Assembly: GCA_965203905.1 (NCBI GenBank)
Contig: CBDBDQ010000005.1
Location: 4,704,001-4,768,000 of the forward strand
Length of the DNA: 64,000 bases
Direction: 5' to 3'
Source: Spirochaetia bacterium
GTDB lineage: Bacteria > Spirochaetota > Spirochaetia > SZUA-6 > Bin103
Position numbers and translations under genes: made by a program
Shown here: piece by piece, positions 9,530 to 19,979 of the stretch
Position numbering within the stretch: position 1 is the first letter of the stretch
Layout: the number at the start of each line of letters is the position of its first letter
Notes under the pieces: generated by a model
Database searches by the model: none
What the model was told of the DNA's origin: nothing
The model's input: the letters and a program-made list of their open reading frames with translations, nothing else

Positions 9530-12500
9530 TCAGAGCAGGTGCAGGGAGCCGTCGGTGGCCAGCCACAGGCCGCAGGCGGCCACCTGCATGCCCGTAGCGG
9601 CCGCGGCACGGCGATATTCGTCTACCTGGGGCCGGTAGCGTTCCAGCAGCAGGCCGATGCCGCCCTGCGCCGCGGCCGGCACGGCGTCGGTCTTGTAGTC
9701 GGCCAGCACCCAGCCGCCGGCTTCCTCGAAGGCCAGATCCACGAAGCCTTCCACATAACGGTCCTGTCCCGCGTCGTACCAAGCCAGGGGCAACTCACGC
9801 AGCACGCGGCGTGCGGCACGCACCCGTTCCATGGTGGGGCTGCGGATGATGGTGGCGGCGAAGCGGGCGACCTCGTCGGCCAGTTCCGGGGATCCCTGCT
9901 CGGCGGCGAGTCGGTGCGCCCACGCGGTGGCGTCCGCGGAGTCGCCCAATGCGCAGCGGTACAATACTTCGTGCACCAGGGAGCCGCGGCGCATGCCCGC
10001 CGACGAGCCGACGAATGCCACGCCGGCGGCCCCGTCGGCCGTAGCGAGCGCTCGGTCGGCATCGCCGAAGCGGTCCAGGTCGCTTTCCGGGGCGCTGCGG
10101 TCGTGAGGCTCGGTCTCGCGCGGCTCCTTGTGCGCTTCCGCGGCGAGCAGCGAAGGAGTGGTGTACACCGGTCCCCGCTCCAGTTGCGCGGCGCGGCGCG
10201 ACTTCTGTTCTTGCCAGCGGCCGGCGAGGTCCTCGGGAAAGTCGGTCGCGGGCGGCTGCGTCATCGGCATCGGTTGTGGGAGATCGCTCTCGAGCATCAC
10301 CTGCGCTCCGCCTGGCGCTTCCCTCAGACCGCCGTCGAACACCGACACCCAGGAGGGCAGATCGGGGAGATGCACGAACATGCCGGGGCGCTCTTCCGAG
10401 CGGAAGGCCGACACTACCAGCAGGTCGCGGGCGCGGGTGGCGGCCACGTAGAGGAGGCGCGCCTGCTCGGCATGGGCGTAGGCCGCCTCACGGGCCGCCG
10501 CCGCGGCGAAGCCGGGGGTGCTGAAGCGGTTGTCGCGTTTTCCCACGGAGAATTCGATCATGCCGCGGGCACGATCCACCACCGAGCGCGCGGCGCCCTG
10601 GTTCACGCCGGCGCTGAGCTTGGCCAGGATCACCACGGGGAACTCCAGCCCCTTGGCGCCGTGTACGGTCATCACCCGCACCAGGTCATCGTCGGTCTCC
10701 GCCAGGTGCAGGTCGCGTTCGCCGCCACTCTCTCCCTGGCGGGAAGTCAGCCAGCGCACGAACGGGCGCAGCGCGTCGGACTCGTTGACCGCGAACTCGG
10801 CGGCACGGTCCACGATCGCACGCAGGTTGGCGGCGCGCTGGCGCTCGCGGCTGGTTATCAGCAGCGGTTCCGCCAGGAAGTTGGCGCGGATCGCGCGGTC
10901 GACCAGGAACGGCAGCGTCAGCTCACTCTTGGCGCGGTACAGGCCGGCCAGTACTTCCAGGGCCGTGCCTACCGGAGTGTCGGGGAACTGCGAGGCCAGC
11001 AGGCTGAAGCGGCCGTGCGCGAGGCGGTGCTGCAGCAGGTCGACGTCGGAACAGCAGAATGCCGCCGACTTCAACGCCGCCACCAGCGAGACCTGGTCGC
11101 TCGGGTCGTCGACCGCGCGCAGAATCGCGGCCAGATCGTTGATCTCCTGGTGCTGAAAGAAGTCTCTGCCGCCGTCGACGATATAGGGCACGCCGTGCCG
11201 CGCCAGCTCGCCGGTGTACGCGTCCACGTCGGTGCGGGTTTCCACCAGGATGCAGATGTCACGCAGGGCGATGCGCCGCGTGCCGGCGGCGCCGTTTTCG
11301 GTGGCGTCGATCTGCCAGCGCGGACTGCCGACCAGGTCGGCGATCAGCCGCGCTAGCGCGGTCGCCTCCACCCGGCGCAGTTCCTTGAGCCTGGTCTCGT
11401 GCAGGTCCGTCGTGGGGTACAGCAGCGCCACTCGCGGCGCGCCGGCGGGGTCACGAAAGGCGTGGATGGGCCGGTACTCCGGTTGCGCACCGGGGAACTG
11501 CGGGTTGGGCGTGAGCACGGCCGCGAAGGTGGCGTTCACCCACTCGGTGATCTGGGGCACCGAGCGGAAGTTCTGGGACACCGTGGCGATCCGCGCGCAC
11601 CCCGCGGGCTGGCGGCGGAACACCTCCTTGGCGCGCAGGTAGGTGTCGATGTCCGCGCGCCGGAAGCGGTAGATCGACTGTTTCGGGTCGCCCACGATGA
11701 ACAGCTTTCCCGGCCGCAAGGTCACCTCCTGCCAGGAGTTCGGCCCGCCCCCGGCGGCAGCCGGCGGATCGTCGGCGGCGAGCAGGAACACCATCTCGGC
11801 CTGCAGCGGGTCGGTGTCCTGGAACTCGTCCACCAGCAGGAAGCGGAACCGGTCGCGCAGCGCCGCCCGCACCCCCGAGTTTGCGGCCACCAGCGTCCGT
11901 GCCTCGATCAGCAGGTCGTCGAAGTTGAGCTTGCCGGCGCGGCGCCGGTCAGCGGCGGCGTTCTTCACGAACGCGGCGAGGGCGACGCTGAGCCGGTGCA
12001 GCGCGTCATCGTTGAGGCCGGAGCGATACCTGGCGAGCTGCTCGCGCGCATCCCGCTGCAGCTCGCGCATCTGCTCCAGTGCCTCCTCCGAGCGCCAGTT
12101 CCGGCGGTTGCCCGGCTGTGGTCGGAAGCCAACGCCGTGCAGCGCCGCCTCAACCAGCACCATCCGTCGCGGGCTGGGTGCAGTGCCGGCAAGCTGCTCC
12201 ACGACGACGAGTTGGCGCCGCAGCTCGCGGTAGCTGCGCAGGCAGCGATCGGCGTCGCTGTTGCAGGAGGCGGCAAGTTCGTCGCCGGCCGCGCGCAGGT
12301 CGCGCATTCGCTGCACGACGTGCTCGGCCGCGGGCCGGCGCGGTGCGCTGCCGCCGACCCGCAGCTCGCGGTGGCGGTCCAGGATGCCGGCCACCTGGTG
12401 CACGGTGTCGAGCCCCATGCCGAGGCGCACGCAGCTCTCCACGGCGGTGAGGTGCCGGCCGGCCAGGTTCCAGATCCAGTCGTCCCACTGTTCCTGGAAG

Positions 12501-12979
12501 TCGACCCTGCCGGCGACCTCGTCGAGCTGCTGGAATCCGGGATTGATGCCCGCCTCCAGGGGGAACTCGCGCAGCAGGCTGGAGGCAAAGGCATGGATGG
12601 TCTCAATGTGGGCGCTCACCAGGGCGTGCAGTGCCGCCCTATAGCGGGAGCGCTCCGGTTCCACGGCGTCCTCGAACTGCTCGTGGAGGCGATCCCGGAT
12701 CCGGGCGCGCAGTTCCCCCGCCGCCTTCTCGGTGAACGTGATCACCACGATCTGCGCAATTTCGGCGACCCCGCGCCGTACGATCTCCAGCACCCGGTCG
12801 ACCAGGATTCGTGTCTTGCCGGTGCCGGCCCCTGCTTCCAGAAAGAAACAGGTGTCGAGATCGCTGGTGGAGGCGTCGCGAATCTCCCGGTCGACCGGTA
12901 CCGGACGCCCGTTGTGCGACGCCTTCCGCGGAGCGGTTGGCGTCGCGGCCGGCGGTCCGCGGAACGTCGGTGTCCTCAT
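9530..12979 (-). CDS. addA: ATP-dependent helicase/nuclease subunit A (UvrD-type helicase plus PD-(D/E)XK nuclease)
   Basis: Walker A AGAGTGKT, ITFTEKAA, DEFQDTD, VGDPKQSIYRFR, TVHGAKGLEF, YVAATRAR; C-terminal GFVDL...DYKT. Confidence 0.92.
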   Translation of the reverse strand: MRTPTFRGPPAATPTAPRKASHNGRPVPVDREIRDASTSDLDTCFFLEAGAGTGKTRILVDRVLEIVRRGVAEIAQIVVITFTEKAAGELRARIRDRLHEQFEDAVEPERSRYRAALHALVSAHIETIHAFASSLLREFPLEAGINPGFQQLDEVAGRVDFQEQWDDWIWNLAGRHLTAVESCVRLGMGLDTVHQVAGILDRHRELRVGGSAPRRPAAEHVVQRMRDLRAAGDELAASCNSDADRCLRSYRELRRQLVVVEQLAGTAPSPRRMVLVEAALHGVGFRPQPGNRRNWRSEEALEQMRELQRDAREQLARYRSGLNDDALHRLSVALAAFVKNAAADRRRAGKLNFDDLLIEARTLVAANSGVRAALRDRFRFLLVDEFQDTDPLQAEMVFLLAADDPPAAAGGGPNSWQEVTLRPGKLFIVGDPKQSIYRFRRADIDTYLRAKEVFRRQPAGCARIATVSQNFRSVPQITEWVNATFAAVLTPNPQFPGAQPEYRPIHAFRDPAGAPRVALLYPTTDLHETRLKELRRVEATALARLIADLVGSPRWQIDATENGAAGTRRIALRDICILVETRTDVDAYTGELARHGVPYIVDGGRDFFQHQEINDLAAILRAVDDPSDQVSLVAALKSAAFCCSDVDLLQHRLAHGRFSLLASQFPDTPVGTALEVLAGLYRAKSELTLPFLVDRAIRANFLAEPLLITSRERQRAANLRAIVDRAAEFAVNESDALRPFVRWLTSRQGESGGERDLHLAETDDDLVRVMTVHGAKGLEFPVVILAKLSAGVNQGAARSVVDRARGMIEFSVGKRDNRFSTPGFAAAAAREAAYAHAEQARLLYVAATRARDLLVVSAFRSEERPGMFVHLPDLPSWVSVFDGGLREAPGGAQVMLESDLPQPMPMTQPPATDFPEDLAGRWQEQKSRRAAQLERGPVYTTPSLLAAEAHKEPRETEPHDRSAPESDLDRFGDADRALATADGAAGVAFVGSSAGMRRGSLVHEVLYRCALGDSADATAWAHRLAAEQGSPELADEVARFAATIIRSPTMERVRAARRVLRELPLAWYDAGQDRYVEGFVDLAFEEAGGWVLADYKTDAVPAAAQGGIGLLLERYRPQVDEYRRAAAATGMQVAACGLWLATDGSLHLL

Positions 12980-15900
12980 GAGCGGCGCCCCGGTCGAGTC
13001 ACTTGGTCGGACTGCGAGGCGCCGATGCGGTGGAACGGCGTCATGATCGTCTCGCTGCCGGCCGCCTTGCGCTTGGCGTAGTCGGCGACGCGGGTGTGGC
13101 AGACATCGCGGTAGTCGCACCACCGGCAGTGAGCGCGGTTCTCGCCCGGCTGGTAGAAGAAGGCGCCGGAGGCGATCGCCTCCGCCATGGCACCCAGCAC
13201 CTCGCCGAACCGCGGGTCAGCCGCAAGCTGGAGACCGGTCAGTCCGAGACGCGCGTAGGCGGCACGCTCGCTCACGTAGTGCAGCTCGGCGCTGCACGCG
13301 GCCAGGTCGGACGCTTGCCCGTGCGCGGCGGCGTACAGGTAGACCGGCAACTGCAGGGAGCGCCCCTCGCGGTAGCCCTCCGCGGCTTCGTGTGCGGCGG
13401 CGCCGGTCTTGTAGTCGACGATGCGCAGGCGACTGCCGAATCGGTCGATACGGTCGATGCGTCCGGAGAAGCTGAGCTGCCGGCTGCCGGCCGCGATCGG
13501 CACCCCTTCGAACTCGTGCTCGGCGGCCTCCGGTGTCCAGCCGGCTTCGGCTCCCGCGTCGGCTCGCCGCTCGGCGGCCCGGCGCTGCTCCTCGCTCAGG
13601 TAGCCGGTCAGCTCCGCCGCCACCTGGTCGCGGATGAGATCCCAGGAGAGCGGCAGCCCGGTGACGCCCGCCGGCAACTCGGCAAAGCGGCGCTCCATGA
13701 TTGCGCGCAGCGCGGTGTCCGCCCCGCGCAGAAACTCCGCCCACGATCCCGCGTCCTCCAGGAATCGCTGCACCAGTTCGTCGAGGATCGCGTGGACCAG
13801 GTTGCCGCGCTGCAGCGGGGCGATCTGCAGGGTCTGTTCCGGCTCGCCGCGGGCGCGGATCCCCAGCACGCGAGAAAGAAAGAAGCGGTACGGGCACACC
13901 GCGAAGTCCTCCAGGGCGGTGGCGGTCAAGTCGCGTTCCAGGGTGCCACGCGCAGCAACGAGGTGGGCCGGCACGATGCCGTCGAAAGGGCCGAAGGCGC
14001 GGCCACGGCGCGCGGCCTGGTGGGCCCGTACCGCGTCGATGGTGCGCCACAGCGGCTCCACCGCGCGTACCGCCGGCTGCCCTCCGCCCTGTTCCAGTAC
14101 GTGCCAGCGCAGGTCCGACTCATCGAGGGCGCGCAGCGCGTCCGCGGCGCCGGCACCGTGGTAGCCGATGCGCGCCGGCATGCGCTGGTACCAGTCCCCG
14201 GCGTTGCGTTCCAGGGCCTCGGCGGAGAGGAAGCCGCCGGCCAGGTCTCCCACTTCCTCGAGCAGAAAGCTCGAGGGGAGACGCACGTTGGTGGAACTGG
14301 TGCCGCGCCGCGGATAGGAGAGGGTGAGTTGCTCGCCGGCGGCCTGACAGGCCAATTCGAACAGCAGCCGCTCCTCCTCCAGGCGCTGCCCCTTGAGCGG
14401 CAGATAGCTGTCGCTCCCCGCGCCGCGGTTGATCCGCTCCCGCTCGGCGTCCAGCAGCAACGGATCCTGGCGGATCACGGGAGGGAAAACGCGTTCGGCG
14501 CAGCCGGTCACGTAGACACGCCGGAACCGCAGCATGCGCGCGCTCATCACGTTGCCGACGAACACTCCGCTGCGCTGGAAATAGCCGCCGGTGACGATGG
14601 CCTGGCGAATGGCTGTCTCCGCGGCCTGGCGAAACCGCTCCGGCGTGGCGGCAACGCCTCCGCCCCGGGTGGCTGCCCGGTCCAGCACCGCCAGCTTGCG
14701 AATGCGGTCGGCGATGGCGGCCATCGCCCGGCTGGCGACCGCCGCCGGCAGGAACTGCGTGAGCAGCTCCAGGAACGATCCGGCGTGCTCTTGCCACATC
14801 GCCGTTGCGAGTGACCGCTCGGCAGCGGTCGCCAGGGTCCGCACCACGGCGTGCAACTCGCCAGCCGCCGCGATCGACTCCGCGGCGCGCTCGTCGTCGC
14901 CGCGAGCCGCGTGTTCCCGGTGGAAGGCGAGTACGGAGTCGAACTCTTCCCAGCCCTTGACCAGACCCAGTTCCTTGCTCAAGGCCTCCCAACGCGCCGG
15001 GCGCGGCGTCAGCCGTGCGTCGGATGTAGTCTCGATCCAGCCAAGGTCGATTCCGGGGAGCGAAAGCAGTTCCAGCAGCGCGCCGCGGCGGGGTTCGGAA
15101 TAGAGCAGTTGCAGCAGGTTGAGGGCGGCACGCCCGACCGTCGAGCGCCGTACCGGCTGGCCGGCGGAGCGGTAGTGGGGTACCGCGGCGCGATCGAGCA
15201 CGCCGCAGATCAGTTCGTCGTAGACCGGGTCCATGCGGTGCAATACCGCGATCTCCCCCGCCGGCACGCCGGCCGCCAGATCCTCCAGCACCCGCCGCAC
15301 CGTCTCCTCTATCTCCGCCTGGCGGTCGGCGCACGAGAACACCGCCCGGATGGCCCGCGGCCCGCGCGGCGTCGGGCCGTCGTCCAGCGGCTGGAGTCGG
15401 AAACCGCGCCGGCGCAGCCGGTCGACCGTCTGTTGCACGAATGCGAACGGCTCGGCCGCCGCACTCCAGGGCAGGAACAGCCGCGCCGGCAACACCCCTG
15501 CCAGCCCTTCCAGCATGCGCAGTTGCAGGGCGTTGACGTCGTATATCCCAAAGATCAATACCTGCGCCGTGTCCGGTGCCATTCGCTGCACGGCCGCGGC
15601 AACCTGGGCGGGGGTGGCCGAGGCGGCCTGTTCGGTGCGCCGGGTGGTGTCGGAGAACGGCGCGAGCGCCTCCCGGTAGGCAGCGGCCATCGCCGCCAGG
15701 GCCCGCAGCCACGGCCGCGGTGAGGCGGTGCGTACCAGCGGCCCGTCGATGCCACCCTCGCGCAGGTCGCGCAGGGTGGCGGCCACGGCGTGCACCATGC
15801 CGGTGTCGGCGAGCCCGGTGGTGCCGTGGGCCGGCGTGCGCTGCTCGGCGATCACCTGTTCCAGCAACGGAATGTGGGCGCCGTCAGGCAGCGGCAGCGG

Positions 15901-16176
15901 CAGGGGAGGGCGATCGCCGGTCGTGCCGGCGTTACCGTCCGGGAGCGAAAGCTCTCCGGCCAGGTCCATCAGCGTGACGAAGCGGACGTTGGCCACTGCC
16001 GTCAGATTGCGTGCCAGCAGGCGCCGCAGGTAGATGTGCTGGAGGTGTGAGCCCACCACTACCAGCACCGGAGCCAGCGGATCCTCCGCTTTGACGGCAC
16101 GGACGGTGGCCACGAATTCGCGCTGCAGTGCGCCGAGGTCGGCGCTGGTGGTCAGAATCGCGCCGGCCACACCCAT
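12976..16176 (-). CDS. addB: ATP-dependent helicase/nuclease subunit B (AddB-like)
   Basis: C-terminal nuclease GRIDRID...VDYKTG and QLPVY; four Fe-S Cys (CPYRFF; C-x2-C-x5-C); ATGA overlap with addA. Confidence 0.88.
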   Translation of the reverse strand: MGVAGAILTTSADLGALQREFVATVRAVKAEDPLAPVLVVVGSHLQHIYLRRLLARNLTAVANVRFVTLMDLAGELSLPDGNAGTTGDRPPLPLPLPDGAHIPLLEQVIAEQRTPAHGTTGLADTGMVHAVAATLRDLREGGIDGPLVRTASPRPWLRALAAMAAAYREALAPFSDTTRRTEQAASATPAQVAAAVQRMAPDTAQVLIFGIYDVNALQLRMLEGLAGVLPARLFLPWSAAAEPFAFVQQTVDRLRRRGFRLQPLDDGPTPRGPRAIRAVFSCADRQAEIEETVRRVLEDLAAGVPAGEIAVLHRMDPVYDELICGVLDRAAVPHYRSAGQPVRRSTVGRAALNLLQLLYSEPRRGALLELLSLPGIDLGWIETTSDARLTPRPARWEALSKELGLVKGWEEFDSVLAFHREHAARGDDERAAESIAAAGELHAVVRTLATAAERSLATAMWQEHAGSFLELLTQFLPAAVASRAMAAIADRIRKLAVLDRAATRGGGVAATPERFRQAAETAIRQAIVTGGYFQRSGVFVGNVMSARMLRFRRVYVTGCAERVFPPVIRQDPLLLDAERERINRGAGSDSYLPLKGQRLEEERLLFELACQAAGEQLTLSYPRRGTSSTNVRLPSSFLLEEVGDLAGGFLSAEALERNAGDWYQRMPARIGYHGAGAADALRALDESDLRWHVLEQGGGQPAVRAVEPLWRTIDAVRAHQAARRGRAFGPFDGIVPAHLVAARGTLERDLTATALEDFAVCPYRFFLSRVLGIRARGEPEQTLQIAPLQRGNLVHAILDELVQRFLEDAGSWAEFLRGADTALRAIMERRFAELPAGVTGLPLSWDLIRDQVAAELTGYLSEEQRRAAERRADAGAEAGWTPEAAEHEFEGVPIAAGSRQLSFSGRIDRIDRFGSRLRIVDYKTGAAAHEAAEGYREGRSLQLPVYLYAAAHGQASDLAACSAELHYVSERAAYARLGLTGLQLAADPRFGEVLGAMAEAIASGAFFYQPGENRAHCRWCDYRDVCHTRVADYAKRKAAGSETIMTPFHRIGASQSDQVTRPGRRS

Positions 16177-16217
16177 GTTTGCCACCGGTGCGCTAAGCGT
16201 GGAGCAACGCAGCCGGC

Positions 16218-16240
16218 CGGAGTTTCGCCACGGGCTGCTA
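16218..16240 (-). repeat. IS/MITE-like terminal repeat remnant (copy 1)
   Basis: cggagtttcgccacgggctgcta is the exact reverse complement of 22953-22975; both copies start at a TAG stop codon. Confidence 0.7.
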
Positions 16241-17449
16241 AGCGGCGCCTTGCTGCAGCGGGCGACCGACCTGGCGTACCGGCTCGAAGGCCCCCGAGGC
16301 TGCCGAGGCGCGCGCCGCCAGGCAGGCGTAGGCGGACTGGATGCCCGTTTCGATGGGCGTGCGCGAAGCGGCCCCGCTGCGAACCACCGCGAAGAAATTG
16401 CGCGCCAGCTCCAGGTCGCCGCCGTGGTGGGAGGCGCCGCCGGAGACGCGCTCGACGGCGCTGAACGGCGCATGGTGGCGGATCCGCTGCAGCTCGCCGG
16501 CATACCAGTCGAAGCGCACCGTGCCGCGGTAGCCGCTCACCGTGGCGCCGCGCCAGGCCGCATCGCGGCGCGCGTAGAACACCTGGGTGTAGACGCCGTG
16601 GCTGCCGTCGGCGAACTCCAGCAGGGCGCTGGAACAGTCTTCGTTGCTGCGCGGGCCGCTCCCCGAGTCGACGCTGAACACGCACGCATGGTCGCCAAGG
16701 TCGCCGCCGCTGCCGTTGCGGCGCCGGTTCTGCGGGCTCTCCGGACAGGTCGCGGTCTCGTCGCAGCCGGAGCACCACAGGCCGGCGGGCTTGGTGCCGC
16801 CGAACACCCGGCCGCGGGTAGCCATGGCGGCGACCCGGATGATCGGTTGTCCGAGCAGGTACATCAGGTAGTCGAGGTCGTGGGTGCCCTTCTGCAGGAA
16901 CAGACCGCCGGTGATGTCGTAGTCGCGGTAGGGTTGTTCCCAGTAGACGGTACCGTACGGCACGTAGTTGACCGCGCTCACGTGCACCGCCTCGCCCACC
17001 GCGCCGTCCGCGACGTAGCCGCGCGCCAGCTCGCACAGCGGCGACACGCGCAGCGGGAAGCTCACCACCACCGGTGCCGCGGCGTTCTCGAAGGCACGCT
17101 CCAGGGCCACCGCCTGCTCCATGGAGATGGCCACCGGCTTCTCCAGAAACAGCGGCAGGCCGGCCTGCGCCAGCTCCATGGCGTACGGCGTATGCAGGTT
17201 GCAGCGGGTGCCGACCGCGATTGCGTCGGGCCGCGCCTCGCGCAGCAGCCCTGCAACGTCGTCGTGGAAGCGCACTTCTTCCGCGGTCTGCGCCCCGAGG
17301 TCGCCGATGCGGGCACGTGCGCCCCGCTCGTTCGGATCCACCACCCCCACCAGGCGCAGGTCCGGCTCCACCTCGCGAAACGAACCCTTGACCAAGCCGT
17401 GGATGCGGCGTCCGTATCCGATCACGCCGAGCCGCAGTGCCGTTGCCAT
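16238..17449 (-). CDS. Gfo/Idh/MocA family oxidoreductase
   Basis: LRLGVIGYG, LFLEKP, GGLFLQKGTHDLD, NED. Confidence 0.92.
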   Translation of the reverse strand: MATALRLGVIGYGRRIHGLVKGSFREVEPDLRLVGVVDPNERGARARIGDLGAQTAEEVRFHDDVAGLLREARPDAIAVGTRCNLHTPYAMELAQAGLPLFLEKPVAISMEQAVALERAFENAAAPVVVSFPLRVSPLCELARGYVADGAVGEAVHVSAVNYVPYGTVYWEQPYRDYDITGGLFLQKGTHDLDYLMYLLGQPIIRVAAMATRGRVFGGTKPAGLWCSGCDETATCPESPQNRRRNGSGGDLGDHACVFSVDSGSGPRSNEDCSSALLEFADGSHGVYTQVFYARRDAAWRGATVSGYRGTVRFDWYAGELQRIRHHAPFSAVERVSGGASHHGGDLELARNFFAVVRSGAASRTPIETGIQSAYACLAARASAASGAFEPVRQVGRPLQQGAA

Positions 17450-17633
17450 CGTCTCAACCTCCCCGTTGCTGATAGTGACGCTACGATCGCCGCCGCCGAG
17501 TCTCGTTCTTGCGCCGCAATGATACTCGGCACGGCGGAGCCTCGCCACCCGGCCGGTATGCGTGCGCATCGCACGACGCTCGATTTGCCACTGGCCGGCG
17601 GATGACCCACAATCGATCAGCCGATGTGCCCAC

Positions 17634-18005
17634 CTACAGGATGCGGCAGTCGTAGTCCGCGATCAGGGAGTCGTCGGTCACCAGCATGAGATCGTTGATC
17701 TGGCTCTGCACGATCAACATGCGGTCGAACGGATCTCGATGGTGGAGCGGCAGTTCAGCCAACTGGTGCGCCTCCCGCGGGCTGAAGTCGAGCCACTCGA
17801 AGCCTGCCTCCTCGACGGCGGGAAGCAGGTCCACGTCGACGCTCAGCTTGCCGATCGAAACCTTTATGGCGATCTCCGCAATCGAAACTGCGCTGACGAA
17901 AACAGCGTTCGCGGGGTTCTCGATCGACTCGCGGCGCTTGCGGGAGAGCCGCTCCGGCTCGGTGAGCGCATGGAGCAGAATGTGCGTATCGAGGAGCAGG
18001 TTCAC
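17634..18005 (-). CDS. vapC: PIN-domain toxin, type II toxin-antitoxin (TA) system
   Basis: MNLLLDTHIL, SAVSIAEIAIK, HHRDPFDRMLI. Confidence 0.93.
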   Translation of the reverse strand: MNLLLDTHILLHALTEPERLSRKRRESIENPANAVFVSAVSIAEIAIKVSIGKLSVDVDLLPAVEEAGFEWLDFSPREAHQLAELPLHHRDPFDRMLIVQSQINDLMLVTDDSLIADYDCRIL

Positions 18006-18244
18006 TCGCTGCAGTCGTCGGTCGGAAAGAACAGGTCGTTGATCGCGGGATCCTGGTCGGTGAAGTCGTCAGGAACGACTATCCGACCGCGCAGCAGCCC
18101 GAGCCGGCGTTTGCCGCGTGGCTGGTGTTTGACGAGATCCGCAATCGGGAGGTTGTTCTTGGCGATGGTCACGGTCTCGCCGTGATACACCCTGTCGAGC
18201 AAGCTCGAAAGCTGTGCCTTGGCTTCGGACACGTTGACGATCAT
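18002..18244 (-). CDS. Phd/YefM family antitoxin
   Basis: VNVSEAKAQLSSLLDRVYHGETVTIAK...VPDDF; overlaps the vapC start. Confidence 0.92.
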   Translation of the reverse strand: MIVNVSEAKAQLSSLLDRVYHGETVTIAKNNLPIADLVKHQPRGKRRLGLLRGRIVVPDDFTDQDPAINDLFFPTDDCSE

Positions 18245-18314
18245 GCGACTACCCTCACTTCGTTCTCTGACCAATCTGACCAATTCAGGTCTACCTGGTC
18301 AAGCGCCTCTGTGT

Positions 18315-18490
18315 GGAGCGGCTCGGGCGTTCCGCCGAGGGGTTCGCGTTCCGGGGCTCGACCGGCTACCTGGGCCGCGGCGGACAGCCGCGCGAGTCGG
18401 ATGCGGTGCGCGACCTGGTGACGCGGGGCCTCGCCGGCCCCGATGACGACCCGCTCTACGTGGTCGCGATCGGGGCGATAACCGAACGTC
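18315..18490 (+). pseudogene. Internal fragment of a nucleoside hydrolase (copy of about 22282-22460)
   Basis: Near-identical DNA and peptide ERLGRSAEGFAFRGSTGYLGRGGQPRE...LYVVAIGAIT. Confidence 0.85.
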
Positions 18491-18544
18491 GCGGCACCGC
18501 GAGCGGAACCGTGGGGACCAGCGCCGGATCGACATCGTGGCGGG

Positions 18545-19318
18545 CTATTCCGGCGTCACGTACGTCGTGGTGATCCCGCCATCGACCATCAGCTCTGAGC
18601 CGGTGATGTAGGACGAGTCGTCGGACGCCAGGAAGAGGGCCGCCCGGGCCATCTCCGCGGCCTCGCCAAAGCGCCCCATTGGCACGTGGACCAGCCTGCG
18701 GTTGCGCTTCTCGTCAGTGTCCAGGAAGTCCATCAGGAGCTTGGTGCGGAGGGGCCCCGGACAGAGGGAGTTGACCCGGATACTCTCCCGCGCATGCACG
18801 GCGGCCAACTCGCGGCTCAGCGCAACGACGCCGCCCTTGCTGGCGGTGTAGGCAAGCTGCGGGGTGGCCGCGCCCATGGAGGCAACAAAGGACCCGGTGT
18901 TGATGATGCTGCCGCCACCGGCGCGCCGGAGTGCGGGCACCTCGAACTTGCAGCCCAGATAGACGCCGGTGAGGTTGATGGCGAGGGTGCGCTGCCAGGT
19001 CTCCTCGCCGGTCGACTCGGCATCACCGTCGCCGTCGAGCATGACTCCCGCGTTGTTGAAGGCGATGTGGAGAGCGCCGAAGGTGTGCTCTGCGAACTCC
19101 ACCATTGCGCGGCAGTCCTGCATGCGGGAGACGTCGGCCGCCAAGAACCGGGCATGTCCGCCCGCTTCCCGCACCTGGCGCTCCGTCTCCCGGCCCGGCT
19201 CCTCGGCTACGTCCACAGCAACGACCTTGGCGCCTTCGCGGGTGAACAGCAGACACGTCTCGCGGCCTATGCCGCCGCCTGCGCCGGTGATCAGTGCAAC
19301 CTTCCCGTCCAGTCTCAA
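18545..19318 (-). CDS. Short-chain dehydrogenase/reductase (glucose 1-dehydrogenase/FabG-like)
   Basis: TGAGGGIG, NNAG, YTASK, VDGG. Confidence 0.94.
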   Translation of the reverse strand: MRLDGKVALITGAGGGIGRETCLLFTREGAKVVAVDVAEEPGRETERQVREAGGHARFLAADVSRMQDCRAMVEFAEHTFGALHIAFNNAGVMLDGDGDAESTGEETWQRTLAINLTGVYLGCKFEVPALRRAGGGSIINTGSFVASMGAATPQLAYTASKGGVVALSRELAAVHARESIRVNSLCPGPLRTKLLMDFLDTDEKRNRRLVHVPMGRFGEAAEMARAALFLASDDSSYITGSELMVDGGITTTYVTPE

Positions 19319-19354
19319 CGTGCATGCCCCCTATGGCGTGTGGCGTCTACCCCT

Positions 19355-19690
19355 TCACGGCACCGCCGATGATGATTTGGACGATGAACTTCTGCAAGAG
19401 GATGAATATGGCGATTGAGGGAAGCATGGCCAGAATACTGCCTCACCGGCAGTCTCGGCCAGGCGCGCCACACCAACCGAAATGGGCAGTAGTTTTCCCG
19501 TGGACAGGAACATATAGGGGATTACGAACTGTGACCACGAGTTTATGGTGTTGAAGAGTATGGCAGCGGCGATGCCCGGCATGGCAGGAGGAAGAATCAC
19601 CCGAATCAAAGTCTGCGGCCGGGAAGCTCCGTCTATCCGTGCGGCGTCATCAAGAGTCTTGGGTATCGAATCGAAAAATCCTTTCAACAG
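19355..19690 (-). pseudogene. Carbohydrate ABC permease (MalG-like) fragment
   Basis: FFDSIPKTLDDAARIDGAS loop; 5' truncated and frameshifted near the 3' end. Confidence 0.8.
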
Positions 19691-19734
19691 CTAGGTGGTG
19701 AAGGGAATTTGCACGGTGATATAGACCAGAATGA

Positions 19735-19971
19735 GTGAGGAATTGGCGACTCGATTCGTCGGGTAAGTCAAGGCCGAACACGGCGTTGATGGCGGGCATC
19801 GAGCATACTCTTCGCAGCTCGCCGAGCTGGGCGCACGGCATCGTCCACCTGATAGAGGGCGATCGCCCCAACGCCGGCTGCTGGTACCGGCGCGCCGAGC
19901 GCGACCTGCCGGACGACGTGGAGATCGAAAGCGAGATAGTCGCGCTCGAGGCCGAGATCGCAGGCGGGTGA
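19735..19971 (+). CDS. Small conserved hypothetical protein, probably N-terminally damaged
   Basis: WAHGIVHLIEGDRPNAGCWYRRA resembles a widespread H-xx-H-xx-EGD-xx-NA-x-YWY small-protein motif. Confidence 0.5.
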   Translation: MRNWRLDSSGKSRPNTALMAGIEHTLRSSPSWAHGIVHLIEGDRPNAGCWYRRAERDLPDDVEIESEIVALEAEIAGG

Positions 19972-19979
19972 CGGCGGGA

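Noticed and set aside
12976-13900. Cas4-like nuclease suggesting CRISPR adaptation
   Set aside because: The Fe-S PD-(D/E)XK domain is the normal AddB C-terminus, coupled to addA.
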